From assembly GCA_041661795.1 (NCBI GenBank), contig JBAZTS010000002.1, positions 36,263 to 100,262 on the forward strand: a stretch of DNA of 64,000 nucleotides, given 5' to 3'. The stretch comes from Minisyncoccota bacterium (lineage in GTDB: Bacteria; Patescibacteriota; Minisyncoccia; UBA6257; JAGOQP01). Shown here in pieces: positions 18,473 to 27,856 of the stretch; position 1 is the stretch's first letter, and every line of letters starts with the position of its first letter. The notes under the pieces were generated by a model that was not told the origin of the DNA, made no database searches, and saw nothing but the letters and a program-made list of their open reading frames with translations. A program made the translations under genes and the position numbers.

Positions 18473-18787
18473 TTGGTTGTAAGTTATTGGCTGTCTTGTT
18501 ATTATTTACTTATGAGTGTTAAGAGGGCTGTTTGGCTGACGGTTTTTGGTTTGTTTTTGCTACTTTTGTGGGTTAATTTATTTGTCATATTTAAAGAATT
18601 AAGAAAGTTGTCTTTGGAATACAAGCAAGTGAGTGAAGATTTTGTGAAACTGGAAGATGAAAACAAGATGATAGAAAGAGATATAGCTTTTTATTCTTTT
18701 CCGGCTAATTTAGAAAAGAATTTAAGAGAGAAATTTAATTATAAAAAAACGGGGGAGAAAATGATTATTGTTGTTCCGGGAAATTAA
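18473..18787 (+). CDS. FtsB/DivIC-like septum formation initiator (small bitopic membrane protein)
   Basis: A TM helix, then a coiled-coil (LRKLSLEYKQVSEDFVKLEDENKMIERDI), then a C-terminal …NLREKFNYKKTGEKMIIV resembling the FtsB C-terminal motif; the true start is probably the internal Met at about 18512. Confidence 0.45.
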   Translation: MVVSYWLSCYYLLMSVKRAVWLTVFGLFLLLLWVNLFVIFKELRKLSLEYKQVSEDFVKLEDENKMIERDIAFYSFPANLEKNLREKFNYKKTGEKMIIVVPGN

Positions 18788-18789
18788 AT

Positions 18790-19374
18790 ATGATTTTGTT
18801 TTTAAACAAGTACAAAAAATTGACCATTATTTTGTTAATAATGGCTCTTGTTGCGTTCGTTTTTATTTTAATTATCGGATTTGGAATTTATCCTTTGGCT
18901 ATAGCTGATGGAAAAATAATCACATCTCGCCAATACTACAAAAGCTATAATTTGGCTTACAATTATTTTAGCTATTTTAATAATTTTTACGGAGTCAAAG
19001 ATTCTCCCGAATTTGAAAAAGAAATGAAATTAACAGTAATGCAAGGATTAATTGACGAAATTATTGTTGATAAAAAACTTGCGCAGGAATTTAAAAAATC
19101 TGAATTACAGCAAAAAGTGAATGAGAAAGTAAATCAGATGTATGAGGGTGAAAACTTCAAAAAGATATTATCTGAAATCACCAAAGTTTCCGAAGATGAT
19201 ATAAAGAATTATTTTATTGAAAATCAGGCAAAAAATGATATATTGGCCGGTAGGCTGGATTTAGAAGGAAAAAACGTTGTCTCTTGGTTAGTTGAAAAAA
19301 GAAAAGAGATTAAAATTTATCTGTTGGCTCCACATATGAAATGGGAGAAAGGAGAAATAGAATGGAAAGATTGA
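18790..19374 (+). CDS. hypothetical membrane-anchored protein
   Basis: N-terminal TM helix and a charged C-terminal domain; no clear family. Confidence 0.35.
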   Translation: MILFLNKYKKLTIILLIMALVAFVFILIIGFGIYPLAIADGKIITSRQYYKSYNLAYNYFSYFNNFYGVKDSPEFEKEMKLTVMQGLIDEIIVDKKLAQEFKKSELQQKVNEKVNQMYEGENFKKILSEITKVSEDDIKNYFIENQAKNDILAGRLDLEGKNVVSWLVEKRKEIKIYLLAPHMKWEKGEIEWKD

Positions 19375-19385
19375 TATATAATTTG

Positions 19386-19456
19386 AGCGGGATACGGGAA
19401 TCGAACCCGCGCTTCAACCTTGGGAAGGTCGTGTATTACCACTGTACTAATCCCGC
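19386..19456 (-). tRNA. tRNA-Gly (anticodon CCC)
   Basis: Reverse complement reads GCGGGAU…CGACC-UUCCCAA-GGUUG…GGGUUCGAUUCCC…AUCCCGC-U: 7-bp acceptor stem, T-loop UUCGAUU, anticodon loop UUCCCAA. Confidence 0.85.
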
Positions 19457-19477
19457 ACTAAGCATCTAGATAAGTTT

Positions 19478-20668
19478 ATGAAATATCTTAGAAATGTCAA
19501 AATAGAAAAGATAAGAAACAAAACCTGCGTTTTAAGGTTGGGTTTGGATATAAAGGATGGTGAGTTAAAAAATTCGTTGAGAGTTATAAAATCTATCCCG
19601 ACACTCAAATTTCTATTAAAAAACGACTGCAAAGTAGTGATAATTTCACATCGAGGTAGACCTCAAGAGGGGAAAGAGGAAAGTGAAAAGAGGAAAGTGA
19701 AAAGAGAAGAAACTTTAAGATCATTTGTGGAGATTTTTGAAAAACTACTAAAAACAAAGATTAGTTTTGATGACTCTTTTGATTTTAAAAAGATGAGTGA
19801 AAAGATTAAAAAACTTCACTCAAAATCTATAGTTATTGTTGAAAATATAAGATTAGTAAAAGGAGAAAAGGATGATAACGATAAGCTAGGGAGAGAATTG
19901 GCTTCTTTGGGAAATTTTTATGTGAATGATGATTTTTCTACCAGTCACAGAAAAAACGCTTCTTTATGTGCGATAACAAAATTCACACCTTCTTATGTTG
20001 GCCTGCAGTTTGAAGAAGAAATAAAGAATTTAGACAAAGTTCTTAAAAATCAAAGGAAGCCAGTTGTTCTGATTGTAGGGGGAGTTAAATTGTCGGACAA
20101 AGTTGGCGTAATAAAAAATTTCTTAAACAAGGCAGATTATGTTTTGACCGGTGGGGGAGTTTCCAATACTTTCTTTGCTGCTAAAGAAATTCCAGTTGGT
20201 GATTCGTTAATTGATAAAGAAATGATGAAAATGGCAAAAACCTTACTTAAATCAAAAAAAATCATTTTACCCCAAGACGTTAGGATAAAAGGAAAATCTA
20301 TATTGGATATAGGGGATAAAACCATTGAAGAATATAAAAAAATAATAGAAAAAGCAGGGACTATTATTTGGGGTGGACCGTTAGGATATTTTGAGGACAA
20401 AAAATTTGCCAAAGGAACATTTGAAATAGCCAGAGCGATTTTAAAATCAAAAGCTTTTTGTGTTATTGGCGGCGGAGAAACTACAGTCGCCTTTCTTAAG
20501 GCAACTCGCGGACTTACACGGACTTCACGCAGAACTACGCGGAAAACAGTCAGCGTCAGTCAGCGTTCAGTCGGCGTTGGTCAGCGCTTGTTTCTGTCTA
20601 CTGGTGGAGGGGCAATGTTGGAATATCTAGCAGGTAAAAAATTACCGGCTTTGGAAGCGCTTAAATAA
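19478..20668 (+). CDS. pgk: phosphoglycerate kinase with two in-frame repeat insertions
   Basis: …KVVIISHRGRPQ…, …YVNDDFSTSHR…, …GGGETTVA…STGGGAMLEYLAGK. Extra segments KEESEKRKVKREE (14-mer tandem repeat) and TRGLTRTSRRTTRKTVSVSQRSVGVGQRL (GC-rich TIR element). Confidence 0.9.
   Translation: MKYLRNVKIEKIRNKTCVLRLGLDIKDGELKNSLRVIKSIPTLKFLLKNDCKVVIISHRGRPQEGKEESEKRKVKREETLRSFVEIFEKLLKTKISFDDSFDFKKMSEKIKKLHSKSIVIVENIRLVKGEKDDNDKLGRELASLGNFYVNDDFSTSHRKNASLCAITKFTPSYVGLQFEEEIKNLDKVLKNQRKPVVLIVGGVKLSDKVGVIKNFLNKADYVLTGGGVSNTFFAAKEIPVGDSLIDKEMMKMAKTLLKSKKIILPQDVRIKGKSILDIGDKTIEEYKKIIEKAGTIIWGGPLGYFEDKKFAKGTFEIARAILKSKAFCVIGGGETTVAFLKATRGLTRTSRRTTRKTVSVSQRSVGVGQRLFLSTGGGAMLEYLAGKKLPALEALK
19668..19713 (+). 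repeat. purine-rich 14-mer (GAGGAAAGTGAAAA)x2 with degenerate flanks, 7-nt periodic, in-frame within pgk
   Basis: Direct reading; encodes KEESEKRKVKREE. Confidence 0.85.
20507..20588 (+). mobile_element. cargo-less copy of the GC-rich decamer-TIR element, in-frame within pgk
   Basis: cgcggactta cacggacttca cgcagaacta cgcggaaaa | cagtcagcgt cagtcagcgt tcagtcggcgt tggtcagcg: the same direct-then-inverted subrepeat architecture as the lepA element; 50-60% GC against a ~35% background. Confidence 0.6.
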
Positions 20669-20673
20669 TTATT

Positions 20674-21522
20674 ATGAAAGATATTGTTGTTTTATATCAT
20701 AAAGATTGCTGGGACGGATTTGGAGCTGCTTGGGCGGCTTGGAAAAAATTTGGCGATAAAGCTCAATATATCCCAGTTGGCTACGAAGAAAATCTACCCA
20801 AGGGTTTAATTAATAAGGAAATATATCTAGTTGATTTTTGCTATGAAGATAATTTAATGAAGAAGATTATTGGTAATAATAAAAAAGTTATAGTTATTGA
20901 CCATCATTTTAGTAGGGAGAAATTTATAAAAAGTGTTAAGGGTTGTATTTATGGAAGAAATAATTCTGGGTCAATTCTCTCTTGGAAATATTTTCATCCA
21001 AACAAAAAAGTTCCCATATTTTTGAAACACATAGAAGACATTGATCTATGGAGTTTTAAATTAAAAGATTCTTACGAAATTATGCTGGCGGTTGATTTAA
21101 AAACTCGCGATTTTAATAGTTGGAGTAAAATTGCCAAAGATTTAGAAGATAAAAAAACAAAAGGTAAATATATAAATGAGGGTAAGATAATTTTAAATTA
21201 TACCAATAGAATCGTAACTGATATTGCAAAAAAAGCTGTTCCTGTTTTGATTGACGGTAAAAAAGCCATGGCGGTTAATGGACCTCATTTTATACATTCA
21301 GAAATAGGAAATGTTTTACACAATAATGAATATCCAATCGGTCTGATTTGGCGAGCGGAAGGAAACAACATTTTTGTTTCTTTGAGGTCAAAAAAAGGAG
21401 GGAAAACAGATGTTTCTAAAATTGCCAAAAAATATGGTGGCGGGGGACATAAATCGGCATCGGGATTCGGGATAAAAAATGGGTTAGGTAAAAAACTTCC
21501 CTGGCGTATTATTAAGCAGTAG
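20674..21522 (+). CDS. DHH/DHHA1 family phosphoesterase (NrnA-like)
   Basis: N-terminal HKDCWDGFGAAW (DHH-type metal site), VIDHH, and C-terminal GGGHKSASGF (DHHA1 GGGH motif). Confidence 0.65.
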   Translation: MKDIVVLYHKDCWDGFGAAWAAWKKFGDKAQYIPVGYEENLPKGLINKEIYLVDFCYEDNLMKKIIGNNKKVIVIDHHFSREKFIKSVKGCIYGRNNSGSILSWKYFHPNKKVPIFLKHIEDIDLWSFKLKDSYEIMLAVDLKTRDFNSWSKIAKDLEDKKTKGKYINEGKIILNYTNRIVTDIAKKAVPVLIDGKKAMAVNGPHFIHSEIGNVLHNNEYPIGLIWRAEGNNIFVSLRSKKGGKTDVSKIAKKYGGGGHKSASGFGIKNGLGKKLPWRIIKQ

Positions 21523-21604
21523 CTTGTATATAGTAGCTCGTATCTTGTATAAGAGAAGATTGTATGCCAACTACTAGCTACAAGATACTAGATACAATTT
21601 TATT

Positions 21605-22030
21605 ATGAATAAAATTATCATTTATACTGATGGAGGTTCTCGGGGGAACCCCGGGCCTTCGGCTCTGGGGGTTTATTTTAAGGATTTAAACAAAAAATAC
21701 TCCCAACATCTTGGCAAAGTCACTAATAATGAAGCTGAGTATCAGGCCATTGTTTTTGCTTTAAAAAAATCCAAACAATTAATTGGGAAGAAAAAAAGCG
21801 ATAAATCTCATATTGAAATTAGGTCCGATAGCCAGCTCATAGTCAACCAGTTGAGCGGAGAGTTTAAGTTGAAAGAAAAAGGCCTATGGAAATATTTTAT
21901 AGAAATTTGGAATTTAAAGCAGGAATTTGAGAAGGTGGATTTTGTTTATATTCCACGGGAGGAAAATAAAGTGGCCGATAGATTAGTTAACGAAGAATTG
22001 GATAAAGCGGGTGCCTCTAAATTATTTTAA
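21605..22030 (+). CDS. rnhA: ribonuclease HI
   Basis: IYTDGGSRGNPGPSALG…NNEAEYQAIVFAL…IRSDSQLIVNQ…ADRLVNE: the RNase H catalytic D/E/D/D arrangement. Confidence 0.8.
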   Translation: MNKIIIYTDGGSRGNPGPSALGVYFKDLNKKYSQHLGKVTNNEAEYQAIVFALKKSKQLIGKKKSDKSHIEIRSDSQLIVNQLSGEFKLKEKGLWKYFIEIWNLKQEFEKVDFVYIPREENKVADRLVNEELDKAGASKLF

Positions 22031-22038
22031 TTTTAGCT

Positions 22039-22067
22039 TTGACTTTTTCGATGTTGAGTTGTATTAT
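22039..22067 (+). promoter_or_regulatory. sigma70-like promoter for the RNase P RNA (TTGACT-N17-TATTAT)
   Basis: TTGACT at 22039-22044, a 17-nt spacer, TATTAT at 22062-22067, placing the TSS at about 22074, the 5' end of the P1 helix. Confidence 0.6.
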
Positions 22068-22071
22068 CTTA

Positions 22072-22418
22072 AAAGATAAGTGAGTGATTGCCCTGACATT
22101 TGTTGGGGAGGAAAGTCCGGACTCCCATCTCCGACGTAACGTCGGAGTAAACGTATTCGCTAACAGCGAACTATCGCAAGATAAGAGGTGCGAACAGAGA
22201 CGAGTCCTAATGGAAACATTAGGGGTGAAACGGTCCCGACGCCTATTTCGGGTTAGGGACTCCGACATCCGCAAGGATCGTCGGAGCTAAATCCTTGCGG
22301 GGTGCAAGACCGTATCCGCCCAGGGCGGGTGAGTCGCTTGAACCTGAGAGTAATTGAAGGTCCAGACAAATAATCACTATCCCGACGTAACGTCGGGACA
22401 CAGAATCCGGCTTATAGC
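22072..22418 (+). ncRNA. rnpB: RNase P RNA (bacterial type A)
   Basis: P4 consensus GGAGGAAAGUCCGGACUCC at 22109-22127; ACAGAAUCCGGCUUAUAG (ACAGARxxGGCUUA) near the 3' end; P1 pairing AGAUAAG/CUUAUCU; GC-rich relative to its surroundings. Confidence 0.8.
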
Positions 22419-22500
22419 TTATCTAAACATATCAAGAATCTCTCCTTAACGGGGGGATTTTTGATTGATTTATTAAGGGTTTTTTGATACTTTTAACAAG

Positions 22501-23556
22501 TTGCTTATGTTTAAAAAATTTCAAGAAACTCTAAGTTTTGATGATGTTCTGCTGGTTCCGATTTATTCTGAAATTGTTTCCAGAAAAGAGGTTTTGTTAC
22601 AAACCAATCTTTCTTTAAAAAGAAAATTTATTTTAGATATTCCTATTTTTTCGGCTGCGATGGATACTGTTACCGAAAGTAAGATGGCAATTGCTTTAGG
22701 GAAAATGGGCGGGATAGGAATAATTCATCGTTTTATCACAACCGAAAAACAAGTAGTTGAAGTCAAAAAATCTAAATCCGCTGGTGTTAGAGTCGGAGCG
22801 GCGGTAGGAGTTAAAAATGGAGAAATGGAAAGAGCTAAGGCATTGGTCAACGCTGGAGTTGACCTTTTGGTTTTAGATATAGCTCATGGGCATTCCAAAT
22901 ATGGACTTGAAAAAACGAAATTGTTGAGAAAAATGTTTCCTAAAACTTTTATTATTGCCGGAACCGTGGCAACAGGAAAAGGATTTTTGGATTTAGCTAG
23001 AGCTGGAGCTGACGCTGTTAGAGTTGGAATTGGAGCCGGTTCCATATGTACTACTCGCATAGTTACCGGATTTGGAGTTCCTCAAATTTCGGCTATTTTG
23101 GATTGTCTTAGCGCTTCTAAAAAAACGGGAGTGGGTCTAATTTCTGATGGAGGAATAAAAAATTCCGGTGATATTGTTAAGGCCTTGGCAGCTGGGGCTT
23201 GTGCGATAATGACCGGAAATATTTTAGCTGGGACCGACGAAGCGCCCGGCAAGTTAATTACCTATCAGGGAAAGAAATTTAAAGTTTATAGAGGAATGGC
23301 TTCTTTACAAGCCAACCTTTCCAGGTTCGATAAAAAGAATAATAAAAATGAAATTATTGCCGAAGGAGTTTCGGGAGCAGTTCCTTATAAAGGAAGTGTT
23401 GTTGATGTTATTAAAAAAACGATCGGAGGCATCAGGTCGGGCCTAAGCTATGCTGGCGCCAAAGACATAAAAACTTTTCAGAAAAAAGCGTCCTTTATTA
23501 GAATTACTCCTTCTGGGTTTAGGGAAAGTAATTTTCATGATATATTTGTTAAATAG
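22501..23556 (+). CDS. IMP dehydrogenase / GMP reductase family protein (no CBS insert)
   Basis: …FDDVLLVP…, [13 protein letters not shown], active-site loop [11 protein letters not shown]; 351 aa, so a CBS-less form (GuaC-like or short GuaB). Confidence 0.8.
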   Translation: MLMFKKFQETLSFDDVLLVPIYSEIVSRKEVLLQTNLSLKRKFILDIPIFSAAMDTVTESKMAIALGKMGGIGIIHRFITTEKQVVEVKKSKSAGVRVGAAVGVKNGEMERAKALVNAGVDLLVLDIAHGHSKYGLEKTKLLRKMFPKTFIIAGTVATGKGFLDLARAGADAVRVGIGAGSICTTRIVTGFGVPQISAILDCLSASKKTGVGLISDGGIKNSGDIVKALAAGACAIMTGNILAGTDEAPGKLITYQGKKFKVYRGMASLQANLSRFDKKNNKNEIIAEGVSGAVPYKGSVVDVIKKTIGGIRSGLSYAGAKDIKTFQKKASFIRITPSGFRESNFHDIFVK

Positions 23557-23564
23557 TAAAAATT

Positions 23565-23975
23565 ATGAACAATAACAGTGATAAAAACAGTCCATTTTTT
23601 TCAGACATTTTTTGGAGGTATCTTACTCATATTTGGACAGTTGTTTTCATAATTTTAGTTGTCTGTGATTTTTTATACACCGGTAAATTTGAATATCTTC
23701 TTACTCCATTTTCCATTATCTATGGAGCGATTTTAAGCATTTTTGTTGGTACCAAGGAATTTGATAGATGGTATAACGTTTATAAATCAAAACAGCATCC
23801 TGGGGAATTATTTGTCATAGCTTGGAGCATTGTCGTTTTTGGCCTAGTTATCGCTTCTTGGGCTTTAGGGAAGAATTATCAAATTTCTTCCGATGTAATT
23901 TCCGTCTACATAATGGTACTGACAGTTTTTGCTATTACCCAAGGTTCAAAGAGGTTGCATCACAAAAGGAGGTAA
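23565..23975 (+). CDS. hypothetical membrane protein
   Basis: 136 aa with four hydrophobic segments. Confidence 0.35.
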   Translation: MNNNSDKNSPFFSDIFWRYLTHIWTVVFIILVVCDFLYTGKFEYLLTPFSIIYGAILSIFVGTKEFDRWYNVYKSKQHPGELFVIAWSIVVFGLVIASWALGKNYQISSDVISVYIMVLTVFAITQGSKRLHHKRR

Positions 23976-23979
23976 ATTT

Positions 23980-25950
23980 ATGAGTATTTTAAAAAGAACA
24001 TTAATTTTTCTTTTTGGGGCGTTTATTCTTTTTTCTGTCGGAAATTTTGCCTATGCTCAAGGGGCTGATTCTTTAAAATATTACTATTACAAATTAATAG
24101 ACGTTTCTTTGTTTGTTAATTCCGACTCAAGCGTTAATGTAACGGAAAAACAAACGTTCAGTTATCAAGGGAATTTTCATAAAGGATGGAGAAGTATCAA
24201 CTTAGACGGGATTGGCGAAGTGAGTGACGTTTCTATTGTAGATGGAACTACTGGAAAGGCGCTAGAATATTCATATTCAAAACTCAGCCCCGAGGATTCA
24301 TCCAGCTGGGGGAAATTTACTCATTATAAATCTAGTGGAGACGAAGGAGTTTATCAAAATATTGAGTGGTACTATAATCTCTCCGATACTGACCACGATT
24401 GGATTATAAGATATAAAATTGCGGATTCAGTTTCTTTTTATGATAATTATGATCGTCTTTATTTGGATATTTTTTCTGACAGTGCTTATAACGTTCCGAT
24501 AGATCAGGTGGATGTCTCTGTTTATTTCCCCGGGCATACTTTGGACCAAAATTATCAGGCATTATATTACAGGTCTTTTGGCAAAAACGGAGATTTTACA
24601 CTAAATCAAAATAGTAATACTCTCGTGTCAAAGGCCTCCAATTTTTCTTCAAAGGAATTCTTAACTGTTGATGTTAAATTTCCAAAGGGGATTGTTGTTG
24701 AAATTTTTAGACCCAAGGCGTCTTTAGGAGATCTTTGGGGAATATTTGCGTCCATAGCTATCTCAATTATTTGTCTTATCATCGGATTTTTCTATTGGCT
24801 TTTTCAGGAGAAATTTAAAAAGGGCAAAGGAGTTATAATTCCGCAATATGAACCGCCAAAAGGCATTAAGCCGGCCATGGCCGAGTTTGTGATAAAAGAA
24901 TCGGTTGGACCCAAAGGAATATCTGCTACTATTGTGGATTTGATTGTCAGGAAATATATAGAGATTGAAGAAATGCCCGTAAAAAAATCAAAGATGCTTC
25001 TTCTCAAGATATTTGTGGGGATTATTCCTCTTGCTGTTTTAGCATCCTTTCTCGTATCTGTTTTGCTTTCTGACGCCGGAAGTGTTTTTTTTGGACTGTG
25101 GCCCTTCTTTGCCATTATAATTGTTATTTCTTTGGCTAAAATATTTTTCTCTTTTGGAAAGAATTTTTCTAAGACGCGTAAGTCATTTAAAATGATTTTA
25201 ATTAAGGACTATCAAAATGATCTACATTTAAACCATTATGAAAAGAAACTTCTTGATACGATTTTCTCTGAAAATAACAGTTTAATGTTTGGATGGGGTA
25301 TTCCTTTTTCAGAATCCGCAAAGTTTAGAAAAATGTATAGCGGAATTTTGGAATTTAAAAAAGAAGTTGGAGAAGAGTTGGAAAAAATAAGCGGAATATA
25401 CACGGCTTCTCCATCCAAGGAATACAGGTGGAAAGTCAGAGTTTTTCTTTCTTATATATTAGCTACCGGAATATTCATATTTGGTTCGTTCTTTTCTGTC
25501 TTTGTGGGCGGAGTGGAATATTCTCATCAGATGGTAATGTTTTGGGCTTATGGTTTTGCCGCCATTTATTCATTGCGTTCTTTTATAAAATACGAAACCC
25601 GGCTTTCTCACGAGGGGAATATTTTAAAAGAACATCTCTTGGGTTTTAAATATTTTTTGGAAACGGTTGAGGGAAGAAGAATACAGGATCTAACTCCGGA
25701 AATGTTCCAGACATTTTTTCCTTACGCGGTTGTTTTTGGAATAGAAAGCAAGTGGACTAATCATTTTTCATCTTTATTTATTCAAGACCAGCAACTTTCA
25801 GGCGGGTATATTAATCCGTCCATAGCGGTTGGACTTTCTTCGTCTTTGTCGTCTGCTTTTAATGTTGGCGCAACTGGAGGAGGAAGTGGTGGATTTGGAG
25901 GCGGAGGCGCAGGTGGTGGTGGAGGAGGCGGTGGCGGTGGAGCCAGTTAG
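23980..25950 (+). CDS. DUF2207-like large membrane protein with a C-terminal poly-Gly tail
   Basis: AAAGGAGG RBS 7 nt before the ATG at 23980; signal peptide, extracellular domain, a TM cluster, and the C-terminal …GATGGGSGGFGGGGAGGGGGGGGGGAS that is typical of DUF2207 proteins. Confidence 0.45.
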   Translation: MSILKRTLIFLFGAFILFSVGNFAYAQGADSLKYYYYKLIDVSLFVNSDSSVNVTEKQTFSYQGNFHKGWRSINLDGIGEVSDVSIVDGTTGKALEYSYSKLSPEDSSSWGKFTHYKSSGDEGVYQNIEWYYNLSDTDHDWIIRYKIADSVSFYDNYDRLYLDIFSDSAYNVPIDQVDVSVYFPGHTLDQNYQALYYRSFGKNGDFTLNQNSNTLVSKASNFSSKEFLTVDVKFPKGIVVEIFRPKASLGDLWGIFASIAISIICLIIGFFYWLFQEKFKKGKGVIIPQYEPPKGIKPAMAEFVIKESVGPKGISATIVDLIVRKYIEIEEMPVKKSKMLLLKIFVGIIPLAVLASFLVSVLLSDAGSVFFGLWPFFAIIIVISLAKIFFSFGKNFSKTRKSFKMILIKDYQNDLHLNHYEKKLLDTIFSENNSLMFGWGIPFSESAKFRKMYSGILEFKKEVGEELEKISGIYTASPSKEYRWKVRVFLSYILATGIFIFGSFFSVFVGGVEYSHQMVMFWAYGFAAIYSLRSFIKYETRLSHEGNILKEHLLGFKYFLETVEGRRIQDLTPEMFQTFFPYAVVFGIESKWTNHFSSLFIQDQQLSGGYINPSIAVGLSSSLSSAFNVGATGGGSGGFGGGGAGGGGGGGGGGAS

Positions 25951-25960
25951 TTTATTATAA

Positions 25961-26000
25961 AAAAATCCCGTCCCGACAATTCTATCGGGACGGATTTTTT
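25961..26000. terminator. bidirectional intrinsic terminator
   Basis: aaaaaTCCCGTCCCGAcaattctaTCGGGACGGAtttttt: an 11-bp stem flanked by A-runs and T-runs on both sides, between convergent genes. Confidence 0.7.
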
Positions 26001-26002
26001 GA

Positions 26003-26257
26003 TTACATCTTTTCCTCTTCTTTTTTGTCTACTTTACACTCTGGGCAATCTTTGCAATCTTTCCAACTCTTACAGCTTTTACATCCGCACCATGAGCAAC
26101 CCCAACCACTTTTACACTTATGTTTGAAGCACAAACTAATTCCAACAACTATCAAAGCTATGGGCCAAATAAACCCCCAAACGCTTCCGGCCACTATTCC
26201 CAATGTTTCCAAAAGGAATACAGCTCCGATGATAACTAATATCAATCCTAAAACCAT
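26003..26257 (-). CDS. small membrane protein with a Cys-rich C-terminal tail
   Basis: Two TM helices followed by CFKHKCKSGWGCSWCGCKSCKSWKDCKDCPECK (11 Cys in 33 aa). Confidence 0.4.
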   Translation of the reverse strand: MVLGLILVIIGAVFLLETLGIVAGSVWGFIWPIALIVVGISLCFKHKCKSGWGCSWCGCKSCKSWKDCKDCPECKVDKKEEEKM

Positions 26258-26371
26258 ATTTTTATTTGCTATTACAAACCGCGACCTTTTCTGTTACAAT
26301 ACGTCTAATCTAATGTAGTGATTATACAGAGTCGTCTGTATAAATCAATTATCAATAATAAATAAACAAGT

Positions 26372-27334
26372 ATGAGAAAATTATCAGTATTATCATTAGT
26401 TTTAGCGGGTCTTTTGATGGGAACTTTGGCTTTTGCCCAAAATTCTACCGGTACCAATCCGGCTATTTGGGGCATAAAGCAGGATATAAAAGAAGAAAGG
26501 GAAGATTTTAATGACGATACAAATAAGTTGCGGGAGCAAAACAGGGAGGAAATTAAAAATACTCTCAAAAACTCTATTGAACAAAACAAGGAGTTAAAAG
26601 AACAGTTTAGAGAGAAATTTCTTAAAACTGCTACCGCTACAATTGAAGAGATAAAAGATCAAAGAGAGCAGATGACGAAAGTATTAAAGGATAATAGAGA
26701 AGACGCTAAACAGTTTATTGAAGAAAAGAGAGAAGCTCTTAAGGAAAGTTTTGAAAACAGAAGAGAGGCCTTTAAACAAATGGTTGAACAGAAGAGGGAA
26801 GAAATAAAAGATTTAATAGAGCAACGCCGAGAAGAGTTTAAAAATAAGCTTGAAGGATTTAAAGATGAAAAGAAAAAAGAAGTAGCCCAAAGAGTTGATG
26901 ATAATTTGGACAAAATAAACAAAAATCGTTCCGATCATTTTGCCTCAGTTGTTGATAGGTTGGAAAAGATTTTGGCTAACATTGAATCAAGAACTGACAG
27001 GGCTCAAAGTGCTGGTCTTGATGTGACTTTAGTTAGAACCGCAATTACTGAAGCAGAAAATGTTATAGCTTCTGCCCGAACAGCCATAGAAAAACAAGCG
27101 GGAAATACTTACGTAGTTACTTTAACTACCGAAAACAGCTTGGGTCAGGATTTGAAAACTGCCAGAGAGAAACTTTACAACGACTTAAAAGTTGTTAAAG
27201 AGGCGGTGGAAAAAGCTCGTGACGCTGTCCATAAATCAGCCACCACTCTTGGACAAGTTCAGGGAATAAATGATTTGGATGATGACGATGATGATGACGC
27301 AACTGCAACTTCAACAGCTACATCAACAAATTAA
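26372..27334 (+). CDS. secreted coiled-coil protein with a poly-Asp/Thr-Ala C-terminus
   Basis: Signal peptide MRKLSVLSLVLAGLLMGTLAFA; a highly charged heptad-like E/K/R-rich middle; ends DDDDDDDATATSTATSTN. Confidence 0.45.
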   Translation: MRKLSVLSLVLAGLLMGTLAFAQNSTGTNPAIWGIKQDIKEEREDFNDDTNKLREQNREEIKNTLKNSIEQNKELKEQFREKFLKTATATIEEIKDQREQMTKVLKDNREDAKQFIEEKREALKESFENRREAFKQMVEQKREEIKDLIEQRREEFKNKLEGFKDEKKKEVAQRVDDNLDKINKNRSDHFASVVDRLEKILANIESRTDRAQSAGLDVTLVRTAITEAENVIASARTAIEKQAGNTYVVTLTTENSLGQDLKTAREKLYNDLKVVKEAVEKARDAVHKSATTLGQVQGINDLDDDDDDDATATSTATSTN

Positions 27335-27357
27335 AATTAATCAACTCAAATAAAAAT

Positions 27358-27654
27358 ATGGAACAGATGCAAAATCAAACTCCTAATATGGAAAATATGT
27401 CATCGGGAGAAAAATCAAAGTCATGGGTTTATGTAGTTGTTGCTGTAATTGCGATTCTTGTTTTTTGCTGGTTTTTCTTTGGAGAAAGGATAAAGACCTA
27501 TGACTTTAACAACCAATCACTTCTTCCTTCGGAACAGAGTCAGAACACCTCTCCTGATTCTTTAACTTCTATAAATGGTGATTTACAGAGTATTGATTTG
27601 GGAGATTTGAACGTAGAATTTCAGGCGGTGGATAAGGATATAAATTCGTTGTAA
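27358..27654 (+). CDS. small membrane-anchored protein
   Basis: One TM helix (VYVVVAVIAILVFCWFFF); translationally coupled to the upstream gene. Confidence 0.3.
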   Translation: MEQMQNQTPNMENMSSGEKSKSWVYVVVAVIAILVFCWFFFGERIKTYDFNNQSLLPSEQSQNTSPDSLTSINGDLQSIDLGDLNVEFQAVDKDINSL

Positions 27655-27781
27655 TTGGTAGAGGAAAGAGATAAGAGAAAAGGGAAAAGTAATAAGTAAT
27701 AAGCAACAAAACAAGACGCTCTAAACGGGTGTTTTGTTGATATTTATCGGGTTTTGATGTAAATTTTGAAAGGTAACTAAT

Positions 27782-27852
27782 TGGGAGATCGTCTAATGGT
27801 AGGACAGCGGCCTTTGAAGCCGTGAATCGGGGTTCGAATCCCTGTCTCCCAG
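27782..27852 (+). tRNA. tRNA-Gln (anticodon UUG)
   Basis: UGGGAGA…GCGGC-CUUUGAA-GCCGU…CGGGGUUCGAAUCCCUG…UCUCCCA-G: cloverleaf with the T-loop UUCGAAU. Confidence 0.85.
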
Positions 27853-27856
27853 CAAT

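Noticed and set aside
25850-25950. Gly-codon run (GGTGGAGGAGGCGGTGGCGG…) as a simple-sequence repeat element
   Set aside because: It is the coding sequence of the poly-Gly C-terminal tail characteristic of DUF2207-type proteins, not an independent repeat element.
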